Source: an uncultured Candidatus Saccharibacteria bacterium
GTDB lineage: Bacteria > Patescibacteriota > Minisyncoccia > UBA6257 > 2-01-FULL-56-20
Assembly: GCA_965231155.1 (NCBI GenBank)
Contig: OZ246418.1
Span: forward strand, 174,850 to 238,849
DNA: 64,000 nucleotides
Direction: 5' to 3'
The translations under genes and the position numbers were made by a program. Each line of letters opens with the position of its first letter. Position 1 is the first letter of the stretch. The notes under the pieces are model-generated. The model saw nothing but the letters and a program-made list of their open reading frames with translations. It was not told the DNA's origin and did not search any database. Shown here piece by piece: positions 50,811 to 60,467 of this stretch.

Positions 50811-52694
50811 ATGTCAGAAACAACACAACCACACAATACTCAACCGCCAGCACGGCCGGTTCGGTCAGTGCGACGGAGTGGACCTGGTACATCATCGACT
50901 CCTTCCCATTCCGGGAGAGACTCTCGACACGGTGGCCAGTCTCACCCACCTCGCAGGCAGACAGATCATGGACGACGAAACTTTTCCGCACGTCCTGCAA
51001 TAGCCACTACAAAACCAAAAGAAATTGAGGACGAAAACGCGGTAAAATTCACACCTCTCGGTGGTCTCGAAGAAATTGGACGCAACTGCTCCTTCTTCGA
51101 GTATAAAAACCAGATTGTCGTCGTCGACGTCGGTATTCAGTTCCCCGAGGAAAATACTCCTGGAGTTGACTACATCATTCCAAACGTTGCCTATCTCGAA
51201 CAAAGGAAAGCAGATGTCCAGGCGATTATCCTTACTCATGGCCACTACGATCACATGGCTGCGATTCACTATGTCATCGAAAAACTTGGCAATCCAATTA
51301 TCTACACCTCGAAATTCACACGTGCCTTAGTTGAAAAACGCCATGAGGAGTTCACTAATGCACCAAAACTTCGCTTCATCAATGTCGAAGTTGGACAACG
51401 GGTAAAACTCTCTGAAGACTTCACCGCTGAATTCTTTGAAGTCGAGCACACCATCCCTGAATCTCTTGGTTTTATCCTCGAAACTCCCGTTGGCAATATG
51501 GCCAGCTTCGGAGACTTCCGTTTAGATTTTGACCGCAACGGTAAAGTTCGCAACATGGAGGTCTTTGATATGCTCAAAAAACGAGGTATTCATACTGCCT
51601 TTATGGATAGCACGAATGCTGATATTGCTGGCAAGGCTGCTTCCGAAGAAACTGTCGAGGAAAACCTCGAGATGCTCATCAAAGGTGCGAAGGGTCGCGT
51701 CATCATTGCTGCCTTCGCCTCTCTTGTTGATCGTATTTTAGAGATCATCAAAATTGCTGAAAAACTTGGGCGCAAAGTGACTATGAATGGTCGCTCCATG
51801 AAAACTAACATGGAGATCGCGAAGCAACTCGGCTACCTCAAGGAAAGAAAGGATCTCCTCTTCCCGCTTGAGGACATAAATAAATACAAAGACGAAAAGG
51901 TTCTCCTCCTTACCACTGGCACCCAGGGAGAAGCGAACGCTGGACTGATGCGCATCGTAAATGGTGAACACCGTGTAGTAGCCTTGAAACCAACTGACAC
52001 TGTTATCTTTTCCTCCTCTGTTGTTCCAGGAAATGAGCGAAGCGTGCAGTTCCTCACCGACAATGTGGCTCGTCAGGTTGATCAGGTCTACAACTCAAAA
52101 CTCCTCGACATTCACGTCAGTGGCCACGTCCACACTGAGGATGCCAAGATGGTTATCGAACGAATGCAACCAAAGTTCATCGTGCCAATCCACGGCTACT
52201 ACTTCAAACGAAAGAGCTACCAAAAGATTGCTGAGATGGCTGGCCTTAAAAAAGAACAGGTCACCCTTATGGACAACGGACAAGTTCTCTCGATGACTAA
52301 AGATGCAGTTAAAGTCCTCGATCGTACCATTCCCTCTTTCTACATTATGGTTGATGGTCTAGGAGTCGGTGACGTCGAAGAAGTGGTCTTGCGTGATCGC
52401 CGCGCCCTCTCGCAAGAAGGCATGGTAGTGGTAGTGATTACTATCGATCGACGTAACGGAAAACTTCTGAAAAGTCCCGATATTATCTCTCGCGGATTCA
52501 TCTACCTCAAAGAGAACCAACCTCTTCTCGAAGAAATGCGCAAGAAAGTCCGCAATTTAATCGCGCGCATCCCAGCGAATCAACCGATTGATAGCGAGTA
52601 TGTGAAAGGTATTGTGCGTGATCAAATGGGTCAGTTCATCTATCAGAAGACTCATCGTCGCCCGATGATCCTACCGGTCGTGATCGAGATCTAG
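50811..52694 (+). CDS. rnj: ribonuclease J (metallo-beta-lactamase/beta-CASP) with about 75-aa basic low-complexity N-terminal extension
   Basis: ILTHGHYDHMAAI motif and beta-CASP motifs; 627 aa. Confidence 0.9.
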   Translation: MSETTQPHNTQPPARPVRSVRRSGPGTSSTPSHSGRDSRHGGQSHPPRRQTDHGRRNFSARPAIATTKPKEIEDENAVKFTPLGGLEEIGRNCSFFEYKNQIVVVDVGIQFPEENTPGVDYIIPNVAYLEQRKADVQAIILTHGHYDHMAAIHYVIEKLGNPIIYTSKFTRALVEKRHEEFTNAPKLRFINVEVGQRVKLSEDFTAEFFEVEHTIPESLGFILETPVGNMASFGDFRLDFDRNGKVRNMEVFDMLKKRGIHTAFMDSTNADIAGKAASEETVEENLEMLIKGAKGRVIIAAFASLVDRILEIIKIAEKLGRKVTMNGRSMKTNMEIAKQLGYLKERKDLLFPLEDINKYKDEKVLLLTTGTQGEANAGLMRIVNGEHRVVALKPTDTVIFSSSVVPGNERSVQFLTDNVARQVDQVYNSKLLDIHVSGHVHTEDAKMVIERMQPKFIVPIHGYYFKRKSYQKIAEMAGLKKEQVTLMDNGQVLSMTKDAVKVLDRTIPSFYIMVDGLGVGDVEEVVLRDRRALSQEGMVVVVITIDRRNGKLLKSPDIISRGFIYLKENQPLLEEMRKKVRNLIARIPANQPIDSEYVKGIVRDQMGQFIYQKTHRRPMILPVVIEI

Positions 52695-52728
52695 CGTGAA
52701 ATAAAAAGTCCCCGCTACTGGGGATTTT

Positions 52729-53160
52729 TTATTTCATCTGAACACGAAAGAAGTGACCATATCGTTTCTGGTCGATATAGTGAATTTCAGTTGGTACAAC
52801 TCTATATAATCGGTGATCCTCTCTAAAGTCATCTGCCCAGGGAAATCGTTTTCTATAAATGACGTAGTGTTTTTTAAAATCCTTATCGGGGACGAGCTTA
52901 GCCCTGCCCACAATCTGCATTCCTTTGACCTGTCCCGCCGTGCCATGATCCTGATTAATCACAATAGAAACTAAACTATTTTTAATAATGTGCTTAGCGT
53001 GCTTGGTATCCGGTCTGGAGTAGAAAAATATATTAAGACTACTATCATACGCAAAAAAGACCGTGGCACCCCAAGGTTTACCGTTAGAAACTGTGCCTAA
53101 GGTCATGAGTCTGTTGCCCTTGAGATACTCGAGCACAATTTTTTTATCAGTGGCTTTCAT
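52729..53160 (-). CDS. pyridoxamine 5'-phosphate oxidase-like FMN-binding split-barrel protein
   Basis: 143 aa with a PNPOx-like pattern. Confidence 0.65.
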   Translation of the reverse strand: MKATDKKIVLEYLKGNRLMTLGTVSNGKPWGATVFFAYDSSLNIFFYSRPDTKHAKHIIKNSLVSIVINQDHGTAGQVKGMQIVGRAKLVPDKDFKKHYVIYRKRFPWADDFREDHRLYRVVPTEIHYIDQKRYGHFFRVQMK

Positions 53161-53237
53161 TGCCTCTCCATTCTATCCCTCGCCAGAAATAAGAAAAGCC
53201 CAAGAAGGGCTTTTCTGCGATCACCATATAAAGAAGG

Positions 53238-53477
53238 TTACTCTCCTTCTGAAGAATTTTTCTCTACTGGCTCCTCAGTACTTTTCTCGAAGGCCCCATC
53301 ATGCTGCATATCTGTACAGCTACATTCGACGAGCGGTTGCCCGAACTTGGCACAACTCTCAGCCCCACAGACAGTAGGCTTCTCAGCCACACCCTTGCAT
53401 CCGCCATCACAAATATAATGTTCTCCCATAGTAAGATATAAATTGATTAGACCTTTATGCCGTTCATCATACCACAA
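53238..53477 (-). CDS. small cysteine-rich protein (hypothetical)
   Basis: YICDGGCKGVAEKPTVCGAESCAKFGQPLVECSCTD; sits 4 nt downstream of ileS. Confidence 0.35.
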   Translation of the reverse strand: MWYDERHKGLINLYLTMGEHYICDGGCKGVAEKPTVCGAESCAKFGQPLVECSCTDMQHDGAFEKSTEEPVEKNSSEGE

Positions 53478-53481
53478 CCAC

Positions 53482-56400
53482 CTATGCCCGACGCAGAGAA
53501 ATATGAGTTATCCCCTGGATCTCCCCAGGCACCTCAATGATGGAACTTTTCATTTTCTCGTAAAAAATATTTTTAGCCTTCACTTCTCGAGCAACTAACT
53601 TTTCTTCCTGCCTAATGAGACTCTCTATCTCTTCAGAACCCTCAACGGCGAGCACAATAGAATCTTGTGGTTTCAAATTCGCTTTCTGTCGAAGATCCTG
53701 AATCTGACGAACTAGTTCGCGTATGATTCCTTCATTCTTTAGCTCTTCAGTTATTGTCGTATCAAGCCAAATTTCTTCTTTGAGTTTTCTATCATACACA
53801 ATTTCTTTTATATTCACCTCGTCCTTCAAGATTTCTAATAACTCTTTCCTTATTTTTATTGCACTGGTTTTAATCTTCAGAGTGGACAGGGGCTGACGCA
53901 CTTTCAATCCTAACTCGGCACGCTTAGCCAGCACCAACGTTGCCAGTCTTCGCACCTCGGCCATCTCCTTAATCAGTTTTTTATCAATTAACTTTTTGTT
54001 GAGTGTTGGCCAGTTCAAAAAATGAACAGAGTCTTTTTTCTTCTTTGGCTCGAGTTGGTGATACAAGAACTCAGCGAAAAATGGAGTGAACGGAGCAGTG
54101 AGGGAGGTGAGGGAGTAGAGAATCTGCCCGAGAGTTTCCGAACCTTCTGCGTAGTCAGTTTTTGAAAGTGGCTTCTGTAACCGACGGCGGGAGCGACGAA
54201 TATACCAACGAGAAAAATCATCTAGGAAAACTTCGAGTGTCAGCGCCGCCTCACGAATATCATAAGCATTTAGCTTCTTGGTTGTTATCTCAATCACCTC
54301 CTCAAGACGAGCGATAATCCACTGATCGAGCAATGATTTCTTCTTTTTAATTGGCTTGGCTGGATTTCTCTTTTTTGGACCATAGGTATCGTAGAAAACA
54401 AACGAGTTCCAAAGCATTAAGTGATACCGTCGAGCCGCCTTTACCACCTCCTGTTCATCAAAATTCTTCGGTTCGCCCGCAGCGGTCGCTGTGTAAAAAT
54501 ACCAACGGACTGCATCAACACCATGTGCGTCGATAACCGAACGAGGCTCCACAATATTGCCTTTCGACTTCGACATCTTCTGGCCAAACTTGTCATTGAT
54601 GAGTCCAAGGGAGATCACGTTTCTATATGGAGCGGGGTACCCAAGAGCCGTAGCGGTAGCAAGCAGTGTATAGAACCATCCTCGCGTCTGATCCATACCT
54701 TCGGCGATATAATCAGCGGGATACGCCTTCCGGCCATCGATCTCTTTCTTGTTCTCATATGGATAGTGAAGCTGAGCAAACGGCATCGCTCCCGAATCAA
54801 ACCAGACATCTGCTACTTCCGTGATGCGTTTCATCGAGCCGGCACACTTCTCACATCGCAATCGAACTTCGTCCACAAACGGACGATGAAGATCGAGACG
54901 ACCAGTATTATCAATAGAGGCCACGGAAGTTTTGATAGGATAGATTTTTCCTTGTTGCGGGAAAAGAAGATTCGGAAGCTTGCTGTCAGGAACACCTTCC
55001 AAAAACCTCTTAGTCAGCCACAAAGTATCTCCATGAGAAACAATCACGATTCTCTCTCCCGGATACTTCGCGACCAACTCCTTCCAAAGCTTGGCCACCC
55101 GCGCCGTCACTTGATTACGACTCTCTCCTTCAGGAAGTGACTTGTCGAGGCTGGTTACTATGTTTCCCAGATAAGAATGGAAGTCTTTCTCTGGATGACC
55201 AGCGAGGGTTCCTGGATTAATGTCCAACAACTCATTCCTTGTCTCAACAGACACACCAGTCACATCACTAATAATAGCTGCCGTCTCTCTGGCACGAGCT
55301 AGTGGTGAAGAAATAATTCGATCAATTCTCTTCTTTGCTAGGAGTTCGGCTGTTTTCCGTACCTCTTTTTTTCCTGCCTCGGTAAGATGAGAAGTGTTGT
55401 TTGGTAAGTCTATGGCTGGACCAGTCAGTTTCTGGACATTGTGTTGCGCCTGGCCATGACGCACAAAAATCAATTCTGGCATCAACGAGGCTTCGTTCAG
55501 TTCTTTAATACTACCGATCACTTTTGTTTCTTTGCACTCCTCACACTGCCAAACCGGCAATGGCACACCCCAGAAACGATCTCGGGAAAGATTCCAGTCC
55601 TTAACCTCACGAAGCCATTCGCCAAACCGACCTTCTTTAATATGCGCCGGTTGCCAGTTTATTTTTGCATTCTGAGCCAGTAGTTCTTTTTTCAACTTAC
55701 TCATCCCAATAAACCAGGAGGTTCGTGCGTAGTAGATGACGGCCGTACCACAACGCCAGCAGTGAGGATACTCGTGGATATACTCTGCAATTTTCAGAAG
55801 ATTACCGTTCCGCTCGAGAATTTCAAAAATCTTTTTCTCTGTTTCTTTGCCTGAGCTTTCGTGATCCTTCGCCATCATCCCGCCCAACTCATGAACTTCG
55901 TTAATGAACCGACCATCCTCCTGCACGGTATGAGACTGGGGAAGTTTCTCTTTGAGACCAAGCTGGTAGTCATCCTCTCCGTACATCGGCGCAATATGTA
56001 CTACGCCGGTACCATCGGTGGTTGTCACGAAGTTCGCGCCATAAATTTTATGGGAGTTCTCGTTTTGCAAACTTGGTATCTCAAAAAGTGGTTCATATGA
56101 AAGCCCAACTAAGCTATGACCAGAAATATTTTTCTGGAAAATAGTTGTTTCTTGTCCGCCAAAAACAGTTTCCAATAAATCTTTGGCTACAATATGTGTT
56201 TCTTGCTTGTCTCGAATTGCAACATACTGAATCTTTTCTCCCACCGCCAACGCCACATTGCCTGGCAGGGTCCACGGCGTAGTCGTCCAGGCCAAAATAT
56301 ACGTTTTCTCGTCAGTCGTAGAATCGCCAATCTTCTGTCCTGATTTCAGCTGAAACTTCACATACGCCGACTTATCTTTCACATCCTTGTATCCCTGCGC

Positions 56401-56982
56401 TAACTCGTGCGAGGACAAGGCAGTCCCACAGCGAGTACACCACGGCACCACTTTGTGTCCCTGAAACAAAAGTTTTTTATCAGATAATCGCTTCAGAATC
56501 CACCACAAACTTTCGATATATTCGTTTTTATACGTAATGTACGCATTCTCCAGATCAAGCCAGTAGCCAATGCGGTTGGTGAGATTCTCCCACTCATCCT
56601 TAAAAAGCCAAACGGCCTTCTTCGCCTCTTCATTAAACTTTGCGATACCAAACTGCTCGATATCTTTTTTTGATTTCAGGCCAAGTGCTTTTTCAGCGGC
56701 AATCTCCACCGGCAAGCCATGTGTGTCCCACCCACCACGTCGAGGTACGTAGTAGCCGTTCATGGAACGGAACCGGAGAATAATATCCTTATAGGTTCGG
56801 GCGAGGACGTGATGAATGCCTGGTCGGCCGTTAGCATAGGGCGGTCCCTCGTAAAACACAAAGGGCTTCTTCCCCTTCCTCTTCGCCAAACTCTTCCTGA
56901 AAATATCCTCTTTCTTCCAGAATTTCAGGACCTCCTCCTCCACCTCGGCCAGCTTGAATGGTTTGTCTTTTTCGAGAAACAT
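53482..56982 (-). CDS. ileS: isoleucine--tRNA ligase (type 2) with an internal histidine-phosphatase (PGM-like) domain insertion
   Basis: HIGH-type PPYANGRPGIHH, editing-domain TTTPWTLPGN, KMSKSKGN, and two Zn knuckles. Between WQCEECKE and RLRCEKCAG lies a region of about 200 aa carrying FVRHGQAQHN and VIVSHGDTLW (RHG...SHG). Start set to MFLEK. Confidence 0.9.
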   Translation of the reverse strand: MFLEKDKPFKLAEVEEEVLKFWKKEDIFRKSLAKRKGKKPFVFYEGPPYANGRPGIHHVLARTYKDIILRFRSMNGYYVPRRGGWDTHGLPVEIAAEKALGLKSKKDIEQFGIAKFNEEAKKAVWLFKDEWENLTNRIGYWLDLENAYITYKNEYIESLWWILKRLSDKKLLFQGHKVVPWCTRCGTALSSHELAQGYKDVKDKSAYVKFQLKSGQKIGDSTTDEKTYILAWTTTPWTLPGNVALAVGEKIQYVAIRDKQETHIVAKDLLETVFGGQETTIFQKNISGHSLVGLSYEPLFEIPSLQNENSHKIYGANFVTTTDGTGVVHIAPMYGEDDYQLGLKEKLPQSHTVQEDGRFINEVHELGGMMAKDHESSGKETEKKIFEILERNGNLLKIAEYIHEYPHCWRCGTAVIYYARTSWFIGMSKLKKELLAQNAKINWQPAHIKEGRFGEWLREVKDWNLSRDRFWGVPLPVWQCEECKETKVIGSIKELNEASLMPELIFVRHGQAQHNVQKLTGPAIDLPNNTSHLTEAGKKEVRKTAELLAKKRIDRIISSPLARARETAAIISDVTGVSVETRNELLDINPGTLAGHPEKDFHSYLGNIVTSLDKSLPEGESRNQVTARVAKLWKELVAKYPGERIVIVSHGDTLWLTKRFLEGVPDSKLPNLLFPQQGKIYPIKTSVASIDNTGRLDLHRPFVDEVRLRCEKCAGSMKRITEVADVWFDSGAMPFAQLHYPYENKKEIDGRKAYPADYIAEGMDQTRGWFYTLLATATALGYPAPYRNVISLGLINDKFGQKMSKSKGNIVEPRSVIDAHGVDAVRWYFYTATAAGEPKNFDEQEVVKAARRYHLMLWNSFVFYDTYGPKKRNPAKPIKKKKSLLDQWIIARLEEVIEITTKKLNAYDIREAALTLEVFLDDFSRWYIRRSRRRLQKPLSKTDYAEGSETLGQILYSLTSLTAPFTPFFAEFLYHQLEPKKKKDSVHFLNWPTLNKKLIDKKLIKEMAEVRRLATLVLAKRAELGLKVRQPLSTLKIKTSAIKIRKELLEILKDEVNIKEIVYDRKLKEEIWLDTTITEELKNEGIIRELVRQIQDLRQKANLKPQDSIVLAVEGSEEIESLIRQEEKLVAREVKAKNIFYEKMKSSIIEVPGEIQGITHISLRRA

Positions 56983-57084
56983 AGTTCTTTGATGATAAAC
57001 CGAAAAGCCCTGCCTTTTCAATGAAATGCCTAGACAAGCTCCAGTTCTAGACTTTCCGTTTTATAAATGATTTAGTTGTTATAT

Positions 57085-57522
57085 ATGAAGGCGTATTCAG
57101 AAAATCGAAAAGCCAGATTCGACTATGCCATCCTTGAGACCTTCGAGGCCGGCATTGTACTCTCTGGTCAGGAGGTAAAAAGTGTTCGTCAGGGGCAGAT
57201 GGACCTCTCGGCCAGCCACGCCATCTTCCAGAAAAACGAACTCTGGCTTTTCAACGCCACGATTCCTCCTTATCAGCCAACGAATCTGCCAACCGGCTAC
57301 ACTCCCAATCAAAAACGAAAACTTCTTCTTCACAAAGAAGAGCTTCGTAAACTTACTACAGCGCTTAAGGAAAAAGGACGCATGCTCATTCCGCTCAAGG
57401 TCTACGACCACAAAGGGTTAATTAAACTCGAAGTTGGCCTAGCGAAGAAAAAGAGTAAGGGAGACGAACGAGAAGCTCTCAAGAAACGCGCCGTCATGCG
57501 CGAGATGCGCACCGAGAAGTAG
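57085..57522 (+). CDS. smpB: SsrA-binding protein
   Basis: MKAYSENRKARFDYAILETFEAGIVLSGQEVKS... and a basic C-terminal tail. Confidence 0.9.
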   Translation: MKAYSENRKARFDYAILETFEAGIVLSGQEVKSVRQGQMDLSASHAIFQKNELWLFNATIPPYQPTNLPTGYTPNQKRKLLLHKEELRKLTTALKEKGRMLIPLKVYDHKGLIKLEVGLAKKKSKGDEREALKKRAVMREMRTEK

Positions 57523-57528
57523 ATCAAG

Positions 57529-58338
57529 CTACTGCACGAGTAGTGTAGCCTTCATCCCAGAGTATTGGTCGGAATAGAATTCGTAAGAACCTGCAGAGAG
57601 CGAGGCGGTTGAGAAAGTATACAACTGCCCAGCCATAACCGTTATCGGAATCGATCCACTAATCAAAATTTTAATAGGTGTCGGATCGTTGTTCCTAATA
57701 TAAATAACGTCTCCTCGTTTTACTGTCAGCTTTGCCGGACTCATTACATAATTCTGTATGAAGAAGATCTGACTACTCACTGTTTTCTGATTTGGATAGA
57801 TAACTGAAAACTTACCAGTCTCAATCACTCCCTTCCTACCCACCTCAAATGTTACCCTGATGATATACTCTCCCGGCTCAATATTCTTTTTCTGACCACC
57901 AGTACGAGAAACTAAAACATCTTGAGTATTCCAAGTGTGCGTCTTCTGATGCAAGGTAAGACTTGGACTAATCACTCCAACAACCGCACCCGTTTTTGCA
58001 TCAACCAGAGAAATGAAACCGTTACCAAGCGCCTCCTCATTCCATTGAATAGAGTGATTTTCCTTGATAACCCACTGATCTCCAGAAAGAGGCGCAATGA
58101 ATTTATTTGAACTTACGACCGGCTTCACCCCCGTAAGCTTTATGGAAGGAGGAGAACTCTTTGTAGGCGATGTACTACTCTGCGCGAGAGAGCTACTCGC
58201 CCCGGTAGCAGTTGTTGAAGACGCTGAGGAGTTTACCTCGTCTCCTGGGGCAGTAGCTGGCGGAGCGGGAATAAGAAATAAGGCAATGACACCCGCCACA
58301 ATCACGACAGCTCCCAGTATTACAGCTTTTTTAATCAT
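57529..58338 (-). CDS. membrane-anchored secreted protein with Ser/Thr-rich linker and cupredoxin-like C-terminal domain (no metal ligands)
   Basis: Signal anchor, S/T-rich low-complexity linker, and a beta-sandwich-like C-terminus. Confidence 0.4.
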   Translation of the reverse strand: MIKKAVILGAVVIVAGVIALFLIPAPPATAPGDEVNSSASSTTATGASSSLAQSSTSPTKSSPPSIKLTGVKPVVSSNKFIAPLSGDQWVIKENHSIQWNEEALGNGFISLVDAKTGAVVGVISPSLTLHQKTHTWNTQDVLVSRTGGQKKNIEPGEYIIRVTFEVGRKGVIETGKFSVIYPNQKTVSSQIFFIQNYVMSPAKLTVKRGDVIYIRNNDPTPIKILISGSIPITVMAGQLYTFSTASLSAGSYEFYSDQYSGMKATLLVQ

Positions 58339-58400
58339 GTAGACAGTATACCAAATCACTACTCTCTGAATAAAAAGTCGCGAACCGAAGTTCACGACTA

Positions 58401-58898
58401 TTAACGAAACCTTTGGGCAGGGTGAAGCCTCAGTCGACGCGCGGTCGAAGTAATCTTATCAGCAACGACCCGAGCGCGTTGCTCGAAGACTTCCTCTGAC
58501 TCCCGTACCATCTCCTGAAGCGGAGTTGTAGGTTTAGGATGGTAGAGGTAGGAACCGATTCCCAAACCATTGTCAGTCCACACCAAGATTGGCATAACCA
58601 CTTTTGGATCAGCGATACAACCAATCGGATCAACGTCCAGAATATTGCCCTGTTTTGTTCGAAGCCAGCTGTGCCAGACCTTTCCACACGAGCCGTCCTC
58701 GACCTTCAACCCATAGCCATAGAGGCCAGCGAATCCCCTGGTCCACATATGACACGATGGCAAAATCGGTTCCGGGTCATCGTGATGCTCCCCGCGACTA
58801 CCAAAATTGAATGGGGGAATTTTCTCCAGAATTCTTCGAACCACCGCGAGGAGAGCCAGCTCCTCCCGAGAAAACATTCGAACATATGGACTTTTCAT
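58401..58898 (-). CDS. hypothetical protein
   Basis: 165-aa ORF, no family recognised; GC slightly elevated. Confidence 0.35.
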   Translation of the reverse strand: MKSPYVRMFSREELALLAVVRRILEKIPPFNFGSRGEHHDDPEPILPSCHMWTRGFAGLYGYGLKVEDGSCGKVWHSWLRTKQGNILDVDPIGCIADPKVVMPILVWTDNGLGIGSYLYHPKPTTPLQEMVRESEEVFEQRARVVADKITSTARRLRLHPAQRFR

Positions 58899-59016
58899 TC
58901 GCTTCCCCTGTGTGGATTACTGTTCCTACTTTTAGAATAAATATGGACAAACGTCAAACCAACCAAGGGATCAAGCCTCTTAGAAGAGATAAAAAAAAGC
59001 CACCTCGCACAGGTAG

Positions 59017-59631
59017 CTAGAAAGAAAACCACAGCTCGGTACGCAAGAAATCTTCTTCTGGTCCGAACTGATATGTTGCACGCAACGATGATCCGGAAAG
59101 GAACGGGATGGGAATGATGAGCTTCGGTCCAACGGACCACGTCCAATCACCACTCCGCCTAATCTCAACCTCCCCGCCAAAACGAAAGTGCCAGGGCGTC
59201 TCATACGTCACCTCCGGCTCGAGCTCTATTTCTTTCGAGTCAACGAGATAGGTCGCGATGAGGCATCCCTCCCAACGACCAACTTCGTGAGTCGCTCGAA
59301 GATCCAGAACTGGCTCGCCACGATGACTATTCGTGAGAACCCCACCAAGAACTTCCACATCGGAGTGATCTTTCTTGTAGATCAGCCCGGCAAGAAAAAA
59401 TCCTGAAGGACTCTCGCGAACAGTCACTAGATCGGGAACGATTCCCCACCCAGCAATCCCTAAGCCTTCCTCTCCAGAAAAAAACTTTTGTCCATGAAGA
59501 GAAAGACGGAATCTATACTTCCCTTTCTCCTCTTCTTCGTGTGTCTCTTCGACAACCTCCACCTCTTCCGAGGCAGAAACTCCAAATGGACAAAAAACGA
59601 GTATCAGGACAACCGCTAGCCCAAGTAACAT
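59017..59631 (-). CDS. secreted hypothetical protein (paralog A)
   Basis: AGGAGG RBS then MLLGLAVVLILVF signal peptide; core FRLSLHGQKFFSGEEGLGIAGWGIVPD shared with the downstream paralog. Confidence 0.5.
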   Translation of the reverse strand: MLLGLAVVLILVFCPFGVSASEEVEVVEETHEEEEKGKYRFRLSLHGQKFFSGEEGLGIAGWGIVPDLVTVRESPSGFFLAGLIYKKDHSDVEVLGGVLTNSHRGEPVLDLRATHEVGRWEGCLIATYLVDSKEIELEPEVTYETPWHFRFGGEVEIRRSGDWTWSVGPKLIIPIPFLSGSSLRATYQFGPEEDFLRTELWFSF

Positions 59632-59770
59632 AAACCCTCCTCCTAACAAGAACTGGCTCAAAAGTATCCTATTTCTATGTGGAGGTCAATCTGTTTTTTC
59701 CTAAAAATCCTGAAAATAAAAGACCGCCTAGAATTTCTAGACGGCAATAGTCCTCTCCGCTTCATAGATA

Positions 59771-60367
59771 TCAGAAGTTCCAAACAATGTAGGTCCTAAA
59801 AACGTCTGGACCTACATCTTTGAACTGATAGCCTATGGCCACGGATAACCCCCGGACCGGAAGAGAGAATGCCACCCGAGGGCCGACGCCCCGGGAAACT
59901 TTACCTTTGATTAACACGATGTCTGCTTCCCCGCCAATCTTTATCGGAGAATCGAACAGATGAATCGGCAGTGGCATAACCACGTTTGGAAGTACGGCCA
60001 TCTTTTCCAGTTCTGGAGAGTAACTGACCTCCAGAAATCCTTCAAAGGGTTCGACCACCCGTTTCTCAAGATAGCGGAGATCAAAAAAAGGCTCCTCTCC
60101 CTGCCTGTCAATGAAGACGCCGCCCATTATTTCAACCCAGCGGTCTTCGTTCTTGTAGAGTCCGCCTCCTAAAATGAATCCTCGAGGCTTAGGAGCGGTC
60201 GTGTCGGGGATGATTCCCCAACCTGCTAACCCCCAGTTTCCAGAAACTGTCTTCTGTCCATGTAACAGAATTCGAAACTGGTTATCGAACTCTTCGGCGA
60301 ACACACTCGCCGAACTAATCAGCACGAGAAGCGTACTGATTGTTGTTCTAACCAAGATCTTTCTCAT
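59771..60367 (-). CDS. secreted hypothetical protein (paralog B)
   Basis: Signal peptide, FRILLHGQKTVSGNWGLAGWGIIPD core, AGGAGG RBS. Confidence 0.5.
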   Translation of the reverse strand: MRKILVRTTISTLLVLISSASVFAEEFDNQFRILLHGQKTVSGNWGLAGWGIIPDTTAPKPRGFILGGGLYKNEDRWVEIMGGVFIDRQGEEPFFDLRYLEKRVVEPFEGFLEVSYSPELEKMAVLPNVVMPLPIHLFDSPIKIGGEADIVLIKGKVSRGVGPRVAFSLPVRGLSVAIGYQFKDVGPDVFRTYIVWNF

Positions 60368-60467
60368 AGCTACCTCCTTCTCTAAGATTTGACGAACTGG
60401 TCATATCCTCATATATTATTGATGAGTGGCCAATACCACCATATGGTGATTATTGCCCCCACATAAT

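Noticed and set aside
54868-55485. Reading the IleRS insert as an intein
   Set aside because: No Cys/Ser at the N-terminal splice junction, no terminal His-Asn followed by Cys/Ser/Thr, and no homing-endonuclease motifs. Instead it carries RHG and SHG histidine-phosphatase motifs.
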